Shown here: positions 35,267 through 44,028 of the stretch, one piece after another
Layout of the letters: each line of letters opens with the position of its first letter
How positions within the stretch are numbered: the first letter of the stretch is position 1
Source of the DNA: an uncultured Gammaproteobacteria bacterium
GTDB taxonomy: Bacteria > Patescibacteriota > Microgenomatia > CAYQLK01
NCBI GenBank assembly: GCA_964404855.1
Contig: CAYOLO010000001.1
Coordinates: 158,245-222,244 of the forward strand
Length of the DNA: 64,000 nucleotides
Reading direction: 5' to 3'
Program-made: the position numbers and the translations under genes
Notes under the pieces: model-generated
What the model was told of the DNA's origin: nothing
What the model saw: only the letters and a program-made list of their open reading frames with translations
The model's database searches: none

Positions 35267-37642
35267 ATGAAAATCCGAAAAATACAAACTATAAAAAATT
35301 ACAAATCCTTTTCGGATTTTTCTTGGGATAAATTTTGTAAAAATTGTTCCAATAACGAACAAACACTCTCTAATTACAATGTAATCTTTGGAGAAAATGG
35401 CTCTGGGAAGTCATCAATTTGTGATATTCTGAAAAATCTTTCGCAAATTCAAAATTTTCCAAACACTTCACCCGATCTCGCGGAAATAGAAATAAAAAAT
35501 GGAAGTAATCAAGTTTATAAATTTGAAAATGGAAGTTGGACACCAAACCAGTTAAATAAAAATTCCTTTTTATTTTTTGATGTCGATTTTATTAGTGCCA
35601 ATGTTCACACGCATGGCGAACGGTCAAATCAACAAGGCAGACATTCACAAAATTCAGGGAAAATGATTATTGATTTAGACGATAAGGCAAATCAGCTAAA
35701 AATCGTTGTAAAAGAAAAGAAAGAGGAATCGGATAATTTTGACAAAATTAATGCCGATATTTTAAACAAAAATTTTACCGATAAAGACAAAGAGCTTTCC
35801 GCTATTTACAAAGATAAAAGCGAACAAGAAATAAAGGATGAAATTTCAAAAAAACAGGAAGAAGCCAAAAAAATTGAGTTGGATTTATCAGCATTACAAA
35901 AGATAAACAAAAAATATTCGGAAATAAGTCAGTTACCCATTATCAATCAGCTTTCTTTCTCTTCTTCAATATCCACAAAAGAAATCTACTCGGAATTAGT
36001 TTTGAGACAGTTAAAGGAAAAAGCGCAAGATCAGGCGGACGAAAAAATAAAAGCACATTTTGAAAAACACAAAAGATTTATTGAGACAGCCAAGGATCAA
36101 ATACCGAAGGATTATCAAAAATCCGATTGTCCGTTGTGTATGCAACCCCTCGCTAATGCTTCAAAATTTATTGAATATTATAGGATTGCTTTTGATCAAA
36201 CATATGAAAACGAGAAAAGAAAATTTTTAACGGACATACAGAATTTAAAAAGTGAATTGGAAACCTTAAAATCCTCAATAAGTCTTTTACCGACAAAAGT
36301 GCTTGGAATTTTTAATTCTTTAGAAAAAATCAAAACTGATTTTGAAATTCAGGATATTTATAAACTCGAAGAAAAAACGGAATATACCGAAAAATTTAGT
36401 AAAATTTCTATCGCTCAAATAGACGAGCTTATTTTGAATTTAGAAGCGCTGAAAAGTATTGAGCGAAAAGAAATAAAACTTTCAGAAACTTATGACAAAA
36501 TAACAGACGGAGTGAAAGAAATAGCAAGTAAAATTAATGATTTTAATAAAATAATTGACGACAAAAACAAGGTCATTTCTGCGTTCAAGGGTAAATATTC
36601 TGATCAAAATAAAATTACTAACGAAATTCAGGAAAAAACTAAAAATCAAGCAGAGCTTCAAGAAACAACCCAGTTTTTAATAAATGACAAAATTCAGTCA
36701 ATCAAAAATCAAAACGCGGCGGTTCTAAAACAAAAAGCTTTGGCTGAAGTATTGAAAAAAGCTCAAGAAGATTTGAAAAATCATCTCGCCAATAGCATAC
36801 CAGAAAGCGTTATTATAAAAATGATTGATATTTTAGGAAAGTTTAATTTAAGTTTTACGCTTGAACATATCAAACCAGCACCAAACACGAAGGACTATTC
36901 TTTTTCATTTAAAATTAAAGATCAAAAAGGGCATGAGAGAGATTTTAAAGATGGGCTTTCAGAGGGCGAGCGACAGTTGATTTCCTTGGCTTTTTTCTTT
37001 TCTATCAATGAAAGTTTGTTGGACAAATCAAATATAGTTTTGATTTTTGATGACCCAATAACCAGTTTAGATTCGCCAAATTTGAAAATACTTGCCGACT
37101 TGATTCACGAAAAAACACAGGAATTTTCGCAAGTAATTATTTTTACTCATCACCCTTTATTTTATAAATATGTGGCTAAATGCGAAAATCCTAATCCGTG
37201 CAAATTTGGCGTTTTGAAAAATCATGACGCTTTTGGTGGTAGTTTTATTTTCTTTGATCCCGGATTTGATTTAACGGCAGAAATGCAAAAGTGCAATGAG
37301 GAAATAAAACAGAACGCACAAAGCGGAAATTTAAAACCCGAAGAAATTGCCTTGAAATACGGACAACTTTTGCGTCTTGCCGTTGAAAAATTTATCAAGC
37401 ACGAATTATTGATGTGGAATAAAGAAAGTAATTTTGAAAAAGAAATAATAGCAAATTTATCAAAAAGCAAAAGTAAAATTCAAAAACTAGATGACAGTGA
37501 TTTGGAAATAATGACAAACATTCATAAATACTGCAATCATTCAAACCTTTTACATGCGGATAAAGAAAATCCGTCGGCACTTTCGGAACTGATGACACAT
37601 ATTGATAAATTTGTTATTATTCAAGATAAGGTAAATCTGTAA
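35267..37642 (+). CDS. RloC-like protein: Rad50/SMC-type split ABC ATPase with coiled-coil CxxC zinc hook and C-terminal candidate anticodon-nuclease domain
   Basis: 791 aa. Walker A GENGSGKSSICDIL near the N-terminus. ~450 aa of coiled coil with central hook DYQKSDCPLCMQPL. Signature/Q-like SEGERQLISLAFFF, Walker B/D-loop VLIFDDPITSLD, H-loop IIFTHH. C-terminal ~150 aa contains R-x3-E (RLAVE) followed by His-containing segment HKYCNHSNLLH, reminiscent of the PrrC/RloC nuclease triad. Confidence 0.5.
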   Translation: MKIRKIQTIKNYKSFSDFSWDKFCKNCSNNEQTLSNYNVIFGENGSGKSSICDILKNLSQIQNFPNTSPDLAEIEIKNGSNQVYKFENGSWTPNQLNKNSFLFFDVDFISANVHTHGERSNQQGRHSQNSGKMIIDLDDKANQLKIVVKEKKEESDNFDKINADILNKNFTDKDKELSAIYKDKSEQEIKDEISKKQEEAKKIELDLSALQKINKKYSEISQLPIINQLSFSSSISTKEIYSELVLRQLKEKAQDQADEKIKAHFEKHKRFIETAKDQIPKDYQKSDCPLCMQPLANASKFIEYYRIAFDQTYENEKRKFLTDIQNLKSELETLKSSISLLPTKVLGIFNSLEKIKTDFEIQDIYKLEEKTEYTEKFSKISIAQIDELILNLEALKSIERKEIKLSETYDKITDGVKEIASKINDFNKIIDDKNKVISAFKGKYSDQNKITNEIQEKTKNQAELQETTQFLINDKIQSIKNQNAAVLKQKALAEVLKKAQEDLKNHLANSIPESVIIKMIDILGKFNLSFTLEHIKPAPNTKDYSFSFKIKDQKGHERDFKDGLSEGERQLISLAFFFSINESLLDKSNIVLIFDDPITSLDSPNLKILADLIHEKTQEFSQVIIFTHHPLFYKYVAKCENPNPCKFGVLKNHDAFGGSFIFFDPGFDLTAEMQKCNEEIKQNAQSGNLKPEEIALKYGQLLRLAVEKFIKHELLMWNKESNFEKEIIANLSKSKSKIQKLDDSDLEIMTNIHKYCNHSNLLHADKENPSALSELMTHIDKFVIIQDKVNL

Positions 37643-37985
37643 ATTTTTGGTGGCGCGCCAGTTTTCAACTGGCACAGCCTCAAATTCCGCCGAAAAAAAG
37701 AATCGTCCCCGCGAGGGCGTGGCGGAAGGGGGGTTTGGGGGGAATTCCGCCACGCCCGAGCGAATACAAAAAGCGGACAGCTCCGCCGTCCTGCTCGTTA
37801 AGAGCAGAACCCCGCAAAAAAGTTTTCTTTTCCTTTTAGAAGAAAAAATCCGGCGCGCGCAAATCAAAAAATGTGAAGAAAACTTTTTTGCGGGGTGGCG
37901 AGGTTTCCGAGCGACGGCGGGGCTGGCTTCCTTATTGGGGGTTTTGCTCAAAAAATGTTCGAACTTCGTCCAAAAAACACCGCCA
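37643..37985. repeat. IR-2b: GC-rich palindrome-dense repeat (inverted partner of 31778–32120), ending in CCGCCA
   Basis: See IR-2a. Contains the same 18-bp and 13-bp perfect internal palindromes in mirrored order. Ends ...CCAAAAAACACCGCCA|GGG at 37985. Confidence 0.8.
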
Positions 37986-38096
37986 GGGTTTTTGTTCGGT
38001 GTACAATTAATTTGTTATGTATTTTGGGCAAAAAGTAGTTGGATTTAATCAATTTTCATTTAATAAATTTTTAATAGAGGGGCGGTGAGTAGGTAA

Positions 38097-38519
38097 ATGT
38101 TTGCAACAGAAATAAACTATTTAGCAATGGTTGTAGCAGGTCTTGCGACTTATGCAATTGGAGCGTTGTGGTACTCACCTGTTCTTTTTATGAACGAATG
38201 GATGAAGGTAGCTGGCTTGGATAAAAAGAAAAATGCCAAAGTTGCTCAATCGCAGATGGTTCGAATGTACACTTTAGGGTTAATAGCTAATATGATCGCC
38301 GCTTTTGTTTTGGCAAGACTATTGGTCTGGACTAGAGCAGGGGATGATTTGGTTGGAGCTCTAAAAATCGGCGGTTGGTTGTGGCTCGGTTTTATAGCTG
38401 TTTGGATGATTAACAGCTGGTTGTACGAAAGCAAGCCAATTAAGTATTTTGTAATTAATTCTGGTTATGCCCTAGTAACTGTTCTTGTTGGAGCTGCGAT
38501 TCTTACGCTCTGGAGATAA
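38097..38519 (+). CDS. Small 3–4-TM membrane protein, hypothetical (DUF1761-like?)
   Basis: 140 aa. GALWYSPVLFMNEWMK motif and four hydrophobic helices. Confidence 0.4.
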   Translation: MFATEINYLAMVVAGLATYAIGALWYSPVLFMNEWMKVAGLDKKKNAKVAQSQMVRMYTLGLIANMIAAFVLARLLVWTRAGDDLVGALKIGGWLWLGFIAVWMINSWLYESKPIKYFVINSGYALVTVLVGAAILTLWR

Positions 38520-38530
38520 GTTAGTTAAAA

Positions 38531-38566
38531 AAAGACAGGCAATGTTTTTGGTCAGCCTGTCTTTTT
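38531..38566. terminator. Bidirectional rho-independent terminator between convergent genes
   Basis: AAAAAAA-GACAGGC-aatgtttttggtc-AGCCTGTC-TTTTTGG: perfect 7–8 bp stem flanked by A-run and T-run. Confidence 0.6.
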
Positions 38567-39214
38567 GGTGTTTTGGCTAGTTTTTTGGACAATGAACCAG
38601 AGCCAGTTATTATTGTTGGTTTCGGAGGAGGTGAAATCGATTACAGAGAAGCCGTTTCTGGTTAAAATTTCAGTAAATTCCTCCTTAGCGTAAAAAGAAA
38701 AAAATCTGCTGAAGGTTTTGTTTTGGTCAGTAACTCTTGATTTTTCGACTTCTTGAACCTGTTCGCCTTTACCTTCTTTGAGGCTGATAAAACCAATCCC
38801 GTTAACTTTTATATATTTGTTTATTTGAGTTAAGGCGAGTTCGATTTTGTTTTTTGGAACATGTAGTAAAACGGCGCTTGCCCAGAACCCATCGAATTCT
38901 GTGCCTCGTGGGAAGCTGAGGTCGTAGACACTAAATGGAAAAAATTTCGAGTTGGGGAGGGATTTTTGACACATTTGAATAAAGGATTTAGTGATATCGG
39001 TGCCTGTGTAATCGTATCCTTCGTTAATTAATCTTTTGGCATCATGACCATTTCCACATCCTATTTCTAAAATGTTACCTTTGGATAAATATTTTTTAAA
39101 AAACTTAATTTCGTCATCCTGAAAAGTCAGATTAGTAGTTGGTTTGTGCCAACTGTCAGCATTCTGTTCGTAGTATTCGACGGTTAGTTTTTCTTTGTTG
39201 GTAAGTTTTTGCAT
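38552..39214 (-). CDS. Class I SAM-dependent methyltransferase
   Basis: 220 aa. Motif I ILEIGCGNGHDAKRL and motif II-like region. Small-molecule/RNA MTase fold. Confidence 0.75.
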   Translation of the reverse strand: MQKLTNKEKLTVEYYEQNADSWHKPTTNLTFQDDEIKFFKKYLSKGNILEIGCGNGHDAKRLINEGYDYTGTDITKSFIQMCQKSLPNSKFFPFSVYDLSFPRGTEFDGFWASAVLLHVPKNKIELALTQINKYIKVNGIGFISLKEGKGEQVQEVEKSRVTDQNKTFSRFFSFYAKEEFTEILTRNGFSVIDFTSSETNNNNWLWFIVQKTSQNTKKTG

Positions 39215-39232
39215 AAAAGTAAATAATAAATC

Positions 39233-39324
39233 TGGCGGAGGGGGAGAGATTCGAACTCTCGGAAAGGAAAAATCCCTTCAGCAGTTTTCGAAACTGCCGC
39301 ACTAGTCCACTATGCGACCCCTCC
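39233..39324 (-). tRNA. tRNA-Ser (anticodon CGA), CCA encoded
   Basis: Revcomp GGAGGGGTCGCATAGTGGACTAGTGCGGCAGTTTCGAAAACTGCTGAAGGGATTTTTCCTTTCCGAGAGTTCGAATCTCTCCCCCTCCGCCA. Acceptor, D and T arms identical to tRNA-Ser(TGA) at 29949. Anticodon stem GCAGT/ACTGC, loop TTCGAAA. Confidence 0.85.
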
Positions 39325-39455
39325 ACTGCTCCAAGGACAAACCATTGGTTTTTCCTTGGTATTTCTTTTCCTAAATTGGAAAACTTGTACTGGCAGAGCC
39401 AGACACAAGTCGAATTATAATAGTTTTTATGATTGTTGGTTTTGTCTGGTAATTA

Positions 39456-40226
39456 TTAAAGAGTAGAAAATTGCAGGCGGAGGAATTTTTCCCTGAAATC
39501 TTGCGAGTGAGCAAAAAGCAGCCTGACCTTTTGAGTGGAGTAACTGATTTGAGCTTTGGTGACATTGTTAATTTGCTGACCATCGGCCATAAAAGCAACT
39601 GGGCGTCTTTCTGTGTCGAGGGCTGTTAGTGTTACTACCGAGTTGTGTGATAACTGGGCACTGCGCCAGTTGTGAAAAAGCGCTGGACAGATACCTGTGA
39701 GAACCAAATGGCGACTATCGATTGGTAAAATTTTGCCACCAGCTGAGGCGTTGTAAGAGGTTGAGCCGGCAGGAGTTGCGACAATGGCACCATCGCAGAC
39801 TAGTTTTTCAAATCTGATTTTGTCATTGACAGCTATTTCTATTCGGCAAGTTTGAGGTGTAGCTCGTTCGAAATAAAAATCATTAAAGGCTAAGGTGGTG
39901 CGAAGTTTTTTGTTACTACTAAACAGTTCGGCTTTCAGCAGACGGTTTTCGACGGTGTCAAATTCGCCGCTGATTATTTCATCAACAACATCTTCTTTGG
40001 CTTCGTTAAGCAAAAATCCTAGATGACCAAAGTTAAAACCGACGAATGGAATGTGGAGTGGATAATATTTTTTAATAGCAGTAAGCATTGTGCCGTCGCC
40101 GCCGAGCACAAGAATAAAATCAGCTTTTTGGTCTGGTTCGACTATTTCGAGCTTGCTTTTTATTTTTTTAATCAATACTGAAGAGGCGGGTAAACCTTGT
40201 CGGGAAACAAGTATGGCTTTTAGCAT
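39456..40226 (-). CDS. nadK: NAD(+) kinase
   Basis: 256 aa. FILVLGGDGTML (GGDG motif) and DGAIVATPAGSTSYNASAGGKILP (NAD kinase DG..TP.GSTAYS.SAGGP motif). Confidence 0.9.
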   Translation of the reverse strand: MLKAILVSRQGLPASSVLIKKIKSKLEIVEPDQKADFILVLGGDGTMLTAIKKYYPLHIPFVGFNFGHLGFLLNEAKEDVVDEIISGEFDTVENRLLKAELFSSNKKLRTTLAFNDFYFERATPQTCRIEIAVNDKIRFEKLVCDGAIVATPAGSTSYNASAGGKILPIDSRHLVLTGICPALFHNWRSAQLSHNSVVTLTALDTERRPVAFMADGQQINNVTKAQISYSTQKVRLLFAHSQDFREKFLRLQFSTL

Positions 40227-40306
40227 ATGGATATTTTAGTACGAAATTAAGAAAAAAGCCGACTTACACTCTTATTTGGAAGTCGGCTTTTGTTGTTGAT
40301 GTTGAA

Positions 40307-40798
40307 CTACTTGAGCGCGGTAAGCGTTTTGACAGCTTCGCGCATGGCGACGTCGAGGTAGATGGAGATGTTGGGATCACCGTCGTGGGCGGTTCCTGGG
40401 CACGGAATGTTGAGCCATTCTTCCCAGCGAATGTAGCAGCCTTGTTTGGCAGAATCTGCTCCGTATTGGGCGAAAAGGAAGTGTGTTGCATCTTCCTCGC
40501 TCATTTCTGGAGTTGTGACGCCGAACGCCGCACGGAGGTCATCACTGGTGAGGATTGTTCGTCCGGTGGTTTTGGCACGAGGGGATTGGATGACTTCCCA
40601 GTCCACGAACCATCGGTCAGTGCTAAGCTCGTCAGTCTGGCTGACGGTGAGTTTGGCCGCACTTCCCAGGATGACGAGCAGTCGTTTGGCTGCGTCGAAA
40701 CTTTTGACGTGCATTTTGAACCCGTGATGGTGGAACCACACAGGACGACCCATCCTTAGTTCAGGTTGGGTTCTGGTCATGGTTGAGGTTTGTGACAA
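40307..40798 (-). CDS. Hypothetical protein in a locally GC-rich segment
   Basis: 163 aa, no TM. Coding region ~55% GC versus ~38–42% elsewhere. No motif recognised. Confidence 0.35.
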   Translation of the reverse strand: MSQTSTMTRTQPELRMGRPVWFHHHGFKMHVKSFDAAKRLLVILGSAAKLTVSQTDELSTDRWFVDWEVIQSPRAKTTGRTILTSDDLRAAFGVTTPEMSEEDATHFLFAQYGADSAKQGCYIRWEEWLNIPCPGTAHDGDPNISIYLDVAMREAVKTLTALK

Positions 40799-40901
40799 GC
40801 GTGACCGCCTTTGTCTGGTAGTTTTAGGGGTGCTGTTAGAGTGCGAGGCGGAGAATACACTTATTTTGAAGCTATGTCAATTGTTAATTAACCTATAATA
40901 T

Positions 40902-41360
40902 TTGATTTTTGAGGCTAAATTTGATATAATTAGGGTTGGTAGCACTTTTGACAGGGAGCTTATTGGTTTGAGTAGTGACAGTTTGATCCAGTTCGGTGTT
41001 TTGGATGTGGCTCACAGTGACCCAAGCAGGACGCTGTGTGAATGCAATCTTAACGATTGCTCGGTTCAAATCATCGATGTCGAGGTGGAGATTCCGCTTG
41101 CGAACCACTACCACAAACTCAAAGATGAGACGTTTGTTCTCGTCGAGGGAGGTGGAGTGTTCTACGGTGTGGCTGTTGACGAGTACGGCAATAGGCTGGG
41201 AGAAGTCCAAGCCAGGCAGCTACTTGAAGGCGCTGTCATCAAGGTTCCGGCTTTTTTCGCTCACACTTTCATCCTTAGGTCTGGCAGTCGGCTGGTTTGC
41301 TTTTCGAGTAAGCCGTTCAACCCAGAAAACACAGATTTGCATCCACTTCAGCTTGTCTGA
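40902..41360 (+). CDS. Cupin-fold protein, WxcM/FdtA C-terminal-domain-like (sugar ketoisomerase-type), hypothetical
   Basis: 152 aa. ...ANHYHKLKDETFVLVEGGGVFYGV... resembles the His-containing beta-strand motifs of WxcM-like cupins. Weak. Confidence 0.3.
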   Translation: MIFEAKFDIIRVGSTFDRELIGLSSDSLIQFGVLDVAHSDPSRTLCECNLNDCSVQIIDVEVEIPLANHYHKLKDETFVLVEGGGVFYGVAVDEYGNRLGEVQARQLLEGAVIKVPAFFAHTFILRSGSRLVCFSSKPFNPENTDLHPLQLV

Positions 41361-41411
41361 AGAAGTGTGTGCAAAAGTCCTTTGCCCTCGATTAATTTCG
41401 GGGGCATTTTT

Positions 41412-41882
41412 TTAGTTAAGAAATTTAATAGCAAGATTGAGTAGACTAGCGAACGATACCCAAGCGATATATGGGTAAAGAAGACGAGAGGCGAGAGGAG
41501 AAAAAGGAGCGAATTTTTTGATAGTTAGAAAGATAGTTATCCAGAGAATGAGTATCTCAAATAAAGCAAACAGCGGAGATTTTAGTCCAAAGAAAATAAT
41601 GGACCAGAGTGTGTTAAGTACAAGTTGAGTTGCAAAAATAGTGATTGGTACTCTCTTGTCTTTTTTGGTTTTTGCGACCAGAACTAAATACAGTGATACG
41701 CCCATTAGGATGTAGAGTGTTGTCCAGACTGGGGCAAAAATCCAGTTCGGTGGATTGAAGAATGGCTTGTTAAGGGTTGAATACCAGGTGGGGATTGACG
41801 AAGCGGTGAAGAAGGAGCCGATACCGCCAGCAGAAAGGGAAACTAGTATTGAGAATGTAAGTTTTGGCAGGTTTAATTTCAT
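41412..41882 (-). CDS. tspO: TspO/MBR family tryptophan-rich sensory protein
   Basis: IPTWYSTLNKPFFNPPNWIFAPVWTTLYILMGVSLYLV matches the TspO signature (WY..L.KP.f.PP.w.F.PvWt.LY.lMG.). Five TM helices. Start taken at MKLNLPKL. Confidence 0.8.
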   Translation of the reverse strand: MKLNLPKLTFSILVSLSAGGIGSFFTASSIPTWYSTLNKPFFNPPNWIFAPVWTTLYILMGVSLYLVLVAKTKKDKRVPITIFATQLVLNTLWSIIFFGLKSPLFALFEILILWITIFLTIKKFAPFSPLASRLLYPYIAWVSFASLLNLAIKFLN

Positions 41883-42079
41883 TTTTTTATTTGACTGTCC
41901 TGGTTGCAAGAAATCTGGCGGAGAGGGAGGGATTGGATTTTTAGTCCATTTACCTCAAAACTCGTAATTTATTTATAAAATTTTAACAAATTACTCGTTT
42001 TTCGTTACCGAACCCTTGTGGTGGTTCAAAACAACCTACCCTCATATTTTTCATTACTGCCAACGCAGTTACGAAAAAT

Positions 42080-42172
<93 letters not shown>

Positions 42173-42200
42173 CAGAGCTTGTATATTCTACCTGACTGGC

Positions 42201-42620
42201 GTGAAGAGTAAAAGCGATTTGTTTGATAGAATAATTATTATGAAAATATCAGCTGTTGGAGTAAGTAGTCGTGATATGCAAAAAAGTGTAGAGTTTTATT
42301 CTCTACTGGGGTTTGATTTTAGTGGAGTTGATTTGACTGAAGCTCATGTTGAGCCAGTAACACCAGAAGGTTCGGCCAGACTGATGATTGATAGTAATCA
42401 GATGATTAAGGATATTTTTGGTGAAGAGCCCGTACAAGGCAATCATTCGACTTTTGCAATTGAATATTCAAGTGTAGAAGAGCTAAATAGTGTTGCGGAT
42501 AAGTTAACAAAGGCAGGTTTTGTGTTCAAAAAAGAACCTTGGGATGCGTTTTGGGGGCAGAGATATGCAATTATTGCTGACCCAGACGGATGCTTGGTTG
42601 ATTTGTACGCAAGGCTATAG
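42201..42620 (+). CDS. VOC (glyoxalase/bleomycin-resistance/dioxygenase) family protein
   Basis: 139 aa (GTG start at 42201 or ATG at 42240). Two beta-alpha-beta-beta-beta modules: ISAVGVSSRDMQKSVEFYSLLGF... and ...AGFVFKKEPWDAFWGQRYAIIADPDGCLVDLY. Confidence 0.65.
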   Translation: MKSKSDLFDRIIIMKISAVGVSSRDMQKSVEFYSLLGFDFSGVDLTEAHVEPVTPEGSARLMIDSNQMIKDIFGEEPVQGNHSTFAIEYSSVEELNSVADKLTKAGFVFKKEPWDAFWGQRYAIIADPDGCLVDLYARL

Positions 42621-42622
42621 AG

Positions 42623-43024
42623 ATGGAATATTTAATTAAATATTTGGCTATTTTAATCCCCTTAGGGTTAATAGATTTGGTGTGGCTTAGCTTAACTTCA
42701 AAGAGTTTTTATGGGAAAAATATTGGCCATTTAATGGCTGAAAAAGCAGATTTGGTACCTGCAGTTGTTTTTTATTTACTGTATTCACTTGGAATACTTG
42801 TATTAGTAGTTAGTCCAAGTTTGGGAAATGGGTCGGGATTATTTAAGGTTTTTGTTTTGGGTGCATTGTTGGGATTTGTGGCTTATGCGACTTATGATCT
42901 TACTAATCAAGCTACGCTTAAAAACTGGCCACTAGTTGTGACAGTTGTAGATTTGGTTTGGGGGTCAATATTGAGCGGTAGTGTGTCTGTTTTTGCGGTT
43001 TGGGTGTTAAAAATATGGCGGTAG
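42623..43024 (+). CDS. Small 4-TM membrane protein (DUF2177-like), hypothetical
   Basis: 133 aa. Four hydrophobic helices. Stop of the previous gene overlaps its start region. Confidence 0.4.
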   Translation: MEYLIKYLAILIPLGLIDLVWLSLTSKSFYGKNIGHLMAEKADLVPAVVFYLLYSLGILVLVVSPSLGNGSGLFKVFVLGALLGFVAYATYDLTNQATLKNWPLVVTVVDLVWGSILSGSVSVFAVWVLKIWR

Positions 43025-43082
43025 TTGTTAGAATTGAGGGATAGTTGGGTGGGTATTGGAGGAGGGTAAAAAGGTTTAATAA

Positions 43083-43601
43083 ATGAGCGAAATAATAATT
43101 CTTGTTGACGAAAACGATAACCAAGTAGGCACTGGTGAAAAAATGGAAGTTCATCGCGCGGGCAAATTGCACCGAGCTTTTAGTGTGTTTGTTTTTAATA
43201 GTCGTAATGAGATGTTGTTGCAGAGAAGGGCACTGACGAAATATCACTCGGGAGGGTTGTGGACCAATACTTGTTGTAGTCATCCAAGACCAGAAGAAAA
43301 AACAATGGACGGTGCTAAAAGAAGATTAATGGAAGAAATGGGGTTTGTGTGTGAACTTAAAGAAGTCGACTCTTTTGTTTATAAAACAGAGTTTGAAGGA
43401 TTGTTTGAACACGAATTTGACCATGTTTTGATTGGTAAGTACGAGGGTGATATTAAAGAGAACAAGGATGAGGTCGAAGAGTGGAAATGGATAGGTTTGA
43501 ATGAATTATATATTGATATAAAAAATAATCCAGATAAGTACACTTCGTGGTTTAAGATAGCTTTGGAGAGACTTAATTTCCTAGAACTTTTAGTTAAATA
43601 A
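43083..43601 (+). CDS. idi: Isopentenyl-diphosphate delta-isomerase, type 1 (Nudix fold)
   Basis: 172 aa. IILVDENDNQVGTGEKMEVHRAGKLHRAFSVFVFNSRNEMLLQRRALTKYHSGGLWTNTCCSHPRPEE...RRLMEEMGF matches IDI-1 including the catalytic Cys and the Nudix-like box. Confidence 0.85.
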   Translation: MSEIIILVDENDNQVGTGEKMEVHRAGKLHRAFSVFVFNSRNEMLLQRRALTKYHSGGLWTNTCCSHPRPEEKTMDGAKRRLMEEMGFVCELKEVDSFVYKTEFEGLFEHEFDHVLIGKYEGDIKENKDEVEEWKWIGLNELYIDIKNNPDKYTSWFKIALERLNFLELLVK

Positions 43602-44028
43602 TTTCATATTTGGAGTAATAAAGGTCGATAGTTGTTTTTATAGTTACTCGCCAAAATTTTTCCAAAAACTGCCTCCGACATTTTTGTCATCAATTTGGCT
43701 ACGTCCTGCGTTAAGAATGAATTAAATATTCATTCTCTCGTCGAGACATGAAAACCTGAAACTAAAAGGCAAGAAAAAGCCCGCTTGGAAACCAAGCGGG
43801 CTAGGGGTTGACGGCTCGAAGCCGAGAAAGAGGTGTTTGTGGCCTGAAGTCCAAGCTTAACGGATAGGTCCGTTGGCTAGAGCGAGAGCTTGGTTAAAAG
43901 CGACTGAAACACAGTTTCTCTGGTTTGAGCCAGGATGTGGAGACGAATTTCTTCGACATGGGGAGGTTGAGGTGCAAGCGAGCGCGCGTGAGCGCTAACC
44001 CTCCCTCAGGCGGACGGTCGAGGACGTC

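Larger units (their letters stand above)
30039..37985. mobile_element. Composite integrated element at the tRNA-Ser(TGA) 3' end: serine-recombinase module plus restriction-modification/RloC-like defence cassette, each bracketed by its own inverted repeats
   Basis: The recombinase gene abuts and overlaps the tRNA. Nested inverted-repeat pairs sit at 30033–30228/31568–31783 and 31778–32120/37643–37985. The repeats are GC-rich compared with the rest of the window. The sequence CCGCCA, the last 6 nt of the tRNA, recurs exactly at all three junctions (30033–30038; 31778–31783 as TGGCGG; 37980–37985). Confidence 0.6.

Noticed and set aside
39371-39598. 75-aa ORF overlapping the 3' end of nadK
   Set aside because: Out-of-frame overlap with a confidently identified NAD kinase. 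No RBS.
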